DNA of 64,000 nucleotides from Minisyncoccota bacterium (GTDB lineage: Bacteria > Patescibacteriota > Minisyncoccia > Phycocordibacterales > UBA9973), in contig DATGWJ010000021.1 in assembly GCA_035299545.1 (NCBI GenBank), positions 10,090 to 74,089 of the forward strand. The letters are read 5' to 3'. The notes below the pieces were generated by a model, which was given only the letters and a program-made list of their open reading frames with translations, made no database searches and was not told where the DNA came from. Positions 60,505 to 64,000 of this stretch are shown one piece after another; position 1 is the first letter of the stretch, and every line of letters starts with the position of its first letter. Made by a program: the position numbers and the translations under genes.

Positions 60505-60612
60505 ATTTTAGAATTTACGTTTTCTTCACATTACATTTTTCAACTTGCAAAGTCAAGGAAAAGAAAAGGCCGTTTCTGATAAATCAGACGGCCTTTTAAT
60601 CACACCTAAAAA

Positions 60613-60711
60613 CTACTTAACCCTTTTTACTTTTGGCTTTTGTGAACCTGCTGCAATACCAGATGGAACTGTTACAGGATACACAGAGTGAAGAACTTTT
60701 TTTGTTTTCAT
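60613..60711 (-). CDS. Putative 32-aa basic peptide
   Basis: MKTKKVLHSVYPVTVPSGIAAGSQKPKVKRVK*, followed by hairpin 60564-60596. Confidence 0.4.
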   Translation of the reverse strand: MKTKKVLHSVYPVTVPSGIAAGSQKPKVKRVK

Positions 60712-60747
60712 AAAATGTACTTTATTTATTTATATAAATTATACAAT

Positions 60748-61701
60748 TATTAAAAAATAAAACAAAGAGCCACGTCTGGGATGAAGTGGAAATAACATAA
60801 AATAAAAAACCCGCTGATTTTGTCAAACGGGTTTTAGAAATTCAACATTGAAAAAAGTTAACTGCGTTTTAGCATAAACTGGTACTCGGCTGTTAAACAC
60901 CAATATTTACCAGCATCCTGGTCCTGTTTTATTTCTACTAAAACATATGCAGTTTCTCCAAGCTCTAGCCTTTCTGCTTCCTCTTTGAGTCTATTAATAA
61001 GTCTTTTATGAGCTTCAAAGCGAGCTATTTGTTTTGTTGGTTCAGAATCATCTGCATAGTTTACTGTGTCTCCGGGATAACTTTTTGCTAAACCAAACGG
61101 ATGAAATTGAAATGGGTCAACCGTAAGCCCATTTATTTCAAGATTACTTCTTCCAAGATTAATCTCATCAAGAGCAACCTCTGGACATAAGTATCTACCT
61201 TTTTTGTCCAAAAATAAGACAATGGGATTATTATTCATAATTATTTAGTTGTTTAGTGTATTTTAAAAAACTATATTACATATGTGTTAACATATAAAAA
61301 TATTTTTGTCAATATAGGATTCCTAACTTGGGATAAGGTTCGGGAAGAAATAATAAAAGAAAAAACCCAAGACTAATTGTCCTGGGTTAGATATATTCTT
61401 AATAAACTACACAAAAGAGATTCGTCGTCTCTACATTGCTTCTTACCAACAAAGCAGACCAAATGTATGACCGTGGCTGACTGGCACAAATGTTTACATA
61501 AATTATTGATACGTCTATCAAAAAATCTACTAGCCGACTGCTTATTTATTCCTCGCTCGTCACTACTAAACAAATAGTTGGATATAATCCAAAAAGAACA
61601 TACCTAGATGAAGATTATAAAAATATTAGCTATAAGTCAAATTAGGTTCGAACTTATATTAAAAAATAAAACAAAGAGCCACGTCTGGGACGAAGTGGGA
61701 A
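60748..61701 (+). repeat. 45-bp direct repeats (60748-60792 and 61657-61701) flanking a 126-aa gene
   Basis: TATTAAAAAATAAAACAAAGAGCCACGTCTGGGA(T/C)GAAGTGG(A/G)AA, 43/45 identical. Confidence 0.85.
60858..61238 (-). CDS. Hypothetical protein
   Basis: 126-aa ORF between direct repeats. Confidence 0.62.
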   Translation of the reverse strand: MNNNPIVLFLDKKGRYLCPEVALDEINLGRSNLEINGLTVDPFQFHPFGLAKSYPGDTVNYADDSEPTKQIARFEAHKRLINRLKEEAERLELGETAYVLVEIKQDQDAGKYWCLTAEYQFMLKRS

Positions 61702-61939
61702 CTAATTTATTAAATGAATTGTAATATAATAAAATAAGTGATATATTATTGACATCCGAGGAGCAATTGGGCAAAACTCTCAAGAGGATTAAGCCCCTTT
61801 TGGAACTGAATTGTCACTGGTCTTTATGACCTTGTAACACAAAGTGGGCTTCTGTGGAAGTAAATAAAGCAGAAGAATATTCAGGGAAAAAAGAATTTTA
61901 TTGTAGGGAGTAATTTTATTACTCCCTATTTTTATTTTT

Positions 61940-62180
61940 GCTCCGTGGGTAGGGACGTGAGTACACTTATCTCCCTCGACTCAAAATTTTTCCGTCGAAA
62001 AATTTTGGTCTGGGCACCGACTCGTGGATTTTTATTACTATAAAAATCACACTCCGTCGTTCGCTCCCTACACGCACGACAAGCAGTTGTCGTGCTCCAC
62101 GGAGCCTAAAAAATCAAAAGCCCTCATAAAAGAGGGCTTAAGATTTTTACAGGCTCCGAACTTGGGAGGATGTTCGGAAG
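61940..62180. mobile_element. Structured element with a hairpin-split tRNA(Asn-like) 3'-end copy
   Basis: GCTCCGTGGGTAGGGA ... GTTCGCTCCCTAC-[25-nt hairpin]-CCACGGAGCC; same architecture as the element at 25395-25490. Confidence 0.7.
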
Positions 62181-62197
62181 AGTATAATAAATGAATA

Positions 62198-62725
62198 TTA
62201 ATTTTTAGGTGTATATATCTTTATTATATCTAAAATGTCCGTTGAATCTTTTGTTGCTATTATTAACTTATTATTATCGAGTTCAATTTCAAATACTTCA
62301 CTATATAAATGAGATGATTTACTTGTATCAAAATCTTTACTTGCTAAAAAATATTGAACTGTTAAATGTGTATATTTTTTGGGATTGATTTTGATAATAT
62401 TTTTATATTTATCCAATTTTGTAAACTCATCAAATGTCTCAACCTTTTTATTTATGTCTTTTATCGTAAAATTCATTAATCCTTCAGACTTTGCTACCTC
62501 GCTGTGTTTTTTTCTCCATTTAGGAAATACTTCTTGTCTTCCATCATTACTTTCATTTGTAAAATGAGTAAAACCACTAGGATGATAAGTGCCTTTGAAC
62601 GGTTTATTTTCAGGTATATTAGCGATTATATGTATACTTCCATCATTACTAATTGATATAGTATTAAATCTGTACAATTTATCTTTTTGATTAATTAATA
62701 TAACCGCTAAATGTTTTTTTGCCAT
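62198..62725 (-). CDS. Hypothetical protein
   Basis: 175-aa AT-rich ORF. Confidence 0.65.
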   Translation of the reverse strand: MAKKHLAVILINQKDKLYRFNTISISNDGSIHIIANIPENKPFKGTYHPSGFTHFTNESNDGRQEVFPKWRKKHSEVAKSEGLMNFTIKDINKKVETFDEFTKLDKYKNIIKINPKKYTHLTVQYFLASKDFDTSKSSHLYSEVFEIELDNNKLIIATKDSTDILDIIKIYTPKN

Positions 62726-62761
62726 TTTTTATTTTCTTTTGAATAATTAAAAATATTCTAA

Positions 62762-63982
62762 TTATAATTTAACAGCGATACCCTCATTTCTACATTTTTC
62801 TAAAGAAATAATACAAGAACCAAAAGATTTATAAATCATAAACATCGGAACTAAATCTTTTGCCCCAGAAAATAAGTAATTCTTTTTAATCTGTTCTTCT
62901 CCAATCTTCAGTGCTTCTTCAAATGTGGCTTTCCCAATAACAGTAGTTTCTAGTGCAATCATACTATGTATACTTTTTGGATTTCCCCAACCAATAAATG
63001 CATGATCTTTGGTAATAAAAATAAGTGATTGTATTCCAAATCCCTCCAAAATACTTGCAAATAACACAGTTAAATCAATACAATTTCCCGCTTTATTTTT
63101 TACACTTTGTTCTGGTAAGACCACGCGCTGCGAATCAAACTGATTAAAAGAATTAAATGGTTGATTTATATATTTTATACCAATATCTTTTGCTAAGTAT
63201 TCATAAATTGCTTTTACATGTTCCAAAAGAGAAGTTTCAGTATTATTATAACTAAAACAATTATTAGGATGATACTTTACAGCACCAGAGCGTATACGAT
63301 CAAACTCTCCATCTACGTCCTTGGGATAAATCCATGAAGCAATAAACTTTGAAAGATTAAACATCTTACTATTTTTTGTACTTCTTAATGACCAAACCAT
63401 GTGATCTTCAGGTAGTAGTGTAACTGGAAAGGTTCTATCAACAAGAACTACCTTTGTATCTTCATCTATCACTCGTGCGAGCAGCGTTGCTTTTTCAGGA
63501 TTTTTTATTGTTTGTAAAACACCACGTTTCATTCTTGGACATAATGATGTTTGAACTCTCACTTTTCTATGATTATCATTAAGACCATGCACAAAAACGG
63601 TTTTCTTGTCACATGAAGTATATCCCTCTATTTCAGCTTCTAATCTTAACCTTCTTTTCTTGTGTGCTATGTTAAAAATATCAAAACTTATTAAAACATC
63701 CTCATAATGATTACTCATACTTTGAAGTTGTTCATATATCCTAGATGATATTTCTTGTTCTTGTACAGTAATGATTATGTCCAAATCTTTATTAGGAGGA
63801 AAAATTATCATATTGGTAAAACGTAATGCTTCAAAATTACTTAATTTCCATGGGTTCGGTTCGTTAATATCCACAAGATAATCCTTTGGTATTTTGTCGT
63901 TTAATCCTATTTTTTTTGATCCATAAGTTCCATCTGGTGGGAAAAGCACATCATCACCTCTATAAGTTAGTGCTGGTTTCAT
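62762..63982 (-). CDS. Transglutaminase-like cysteine-protease domain protein
   Basis: QRVVLP...GNCIDLTVLFASILE...HAFIGW...LETT, a C-H-E type triad. Confidence 0.75.
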   Translation of the reverse strand: MKPALTYRGDDVLFPPDGTYGSKKIGLNDKIPKDYLVDINEPNPWKLSNFEALRFTNMIIFPPNKDLDIIITVQEQEISSRIYEQLQSMSNHYEDVLISFDIFNIAHKKRRLRLEAEIEGYTSCDKKTVFVHGLNDNHRKVRVQTSLCPRMKRGVLQTIKNPEKATLLARVIDEDTKVVLVDRTFPVTLLPEDHMVWSLRSTKNSKMFNLSKFIASWIYPKDVDGEFDRIRSGAVKYHPNNCFSYNNTETSLLEHVKAIYEYLAKDIGIKYINQPFNSFNQFDSQRVVLPEQSVKNKAGNCIDLTVLFASILEGFGIQSLIFITKDHAFIGWGNPKSIHSMIALETTVIGKATFEEALKIGEEQIKKNYLFSGAKDLVPMFMIYKSFGSCIISLEKCRNEGIAVKL

Positions 63983-64000
63983 GTGCGTGGGATAATGTCT

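Noticed and set aside
61373-61577. 66-aa ORFs on both strands at 61.4-61.6 kb
   Set aside because: No motif or clear start signal; cannot choose a strand or support coding.
604-62567. Other short ORF-track entries antisense to or nested in identified genes (e.g. 4380..4748, 13892..14269, 31728..32228, 43825..44358)
   Set aside because: They overlap well-supported genes and have no motifs or start signals.
1-64000. Alternative genetic code (TGA=Gly) or a prophage
   Set aside because: Conserved genes are full length in code 11 and TGA ends ORFs (e.g. 25155, 57704); no terminase, capsid, portal or integrase genes are present.

Overview
AT-rich bacterial chromosome segment in the standard genetic code. 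Gene content suggests Patescibacteria/CPR, probably Parcubacteria (inference from the VirB2-like pilin array, sigma70-r4/HARE-HTH protein, short RpsA and absence of biosynthetic operons). About 45 kb is housekeeping: alaS (partial), mnmA, mltG, typA, rseP, frr, mreB, priA, rpsU, ybeY, ftsAZ, trxB, gyrA, rpsA, pth, lepB, hisS, def, fmt, and tRNA-Val/Ser/Glu. Two accessory zones stand out. (1) At 20.8-25.55 kb, an integrase-free island sits at the 3' end of tRNA-Glu, with repeated tRNA-end fragments. It carries an unclassified reverse transcriptase in an operon with two Cys-motif proteins, followed by two convergent promoter-to-terminator small transcripts. (2) At 51-64 kb, an array of unrelated small genes runs on the minus strand. 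Six of them share one promoter + 5'UTR module, several sit next to a terminator, and the region also holds a ~420-nt structured non-coding stretch and att-like direct repeats. A modular family of structured hairpin elements is scattered through the window and shows compensatory base changes. One copy is inserted in frame inside mnmA. Two others carry a copy of a tRNA 3' end split at the T-stem/acceptor junction by a 25-nt hairpin of conserved architecture. All calls come from reading the sequence by eye; no database searches were run.
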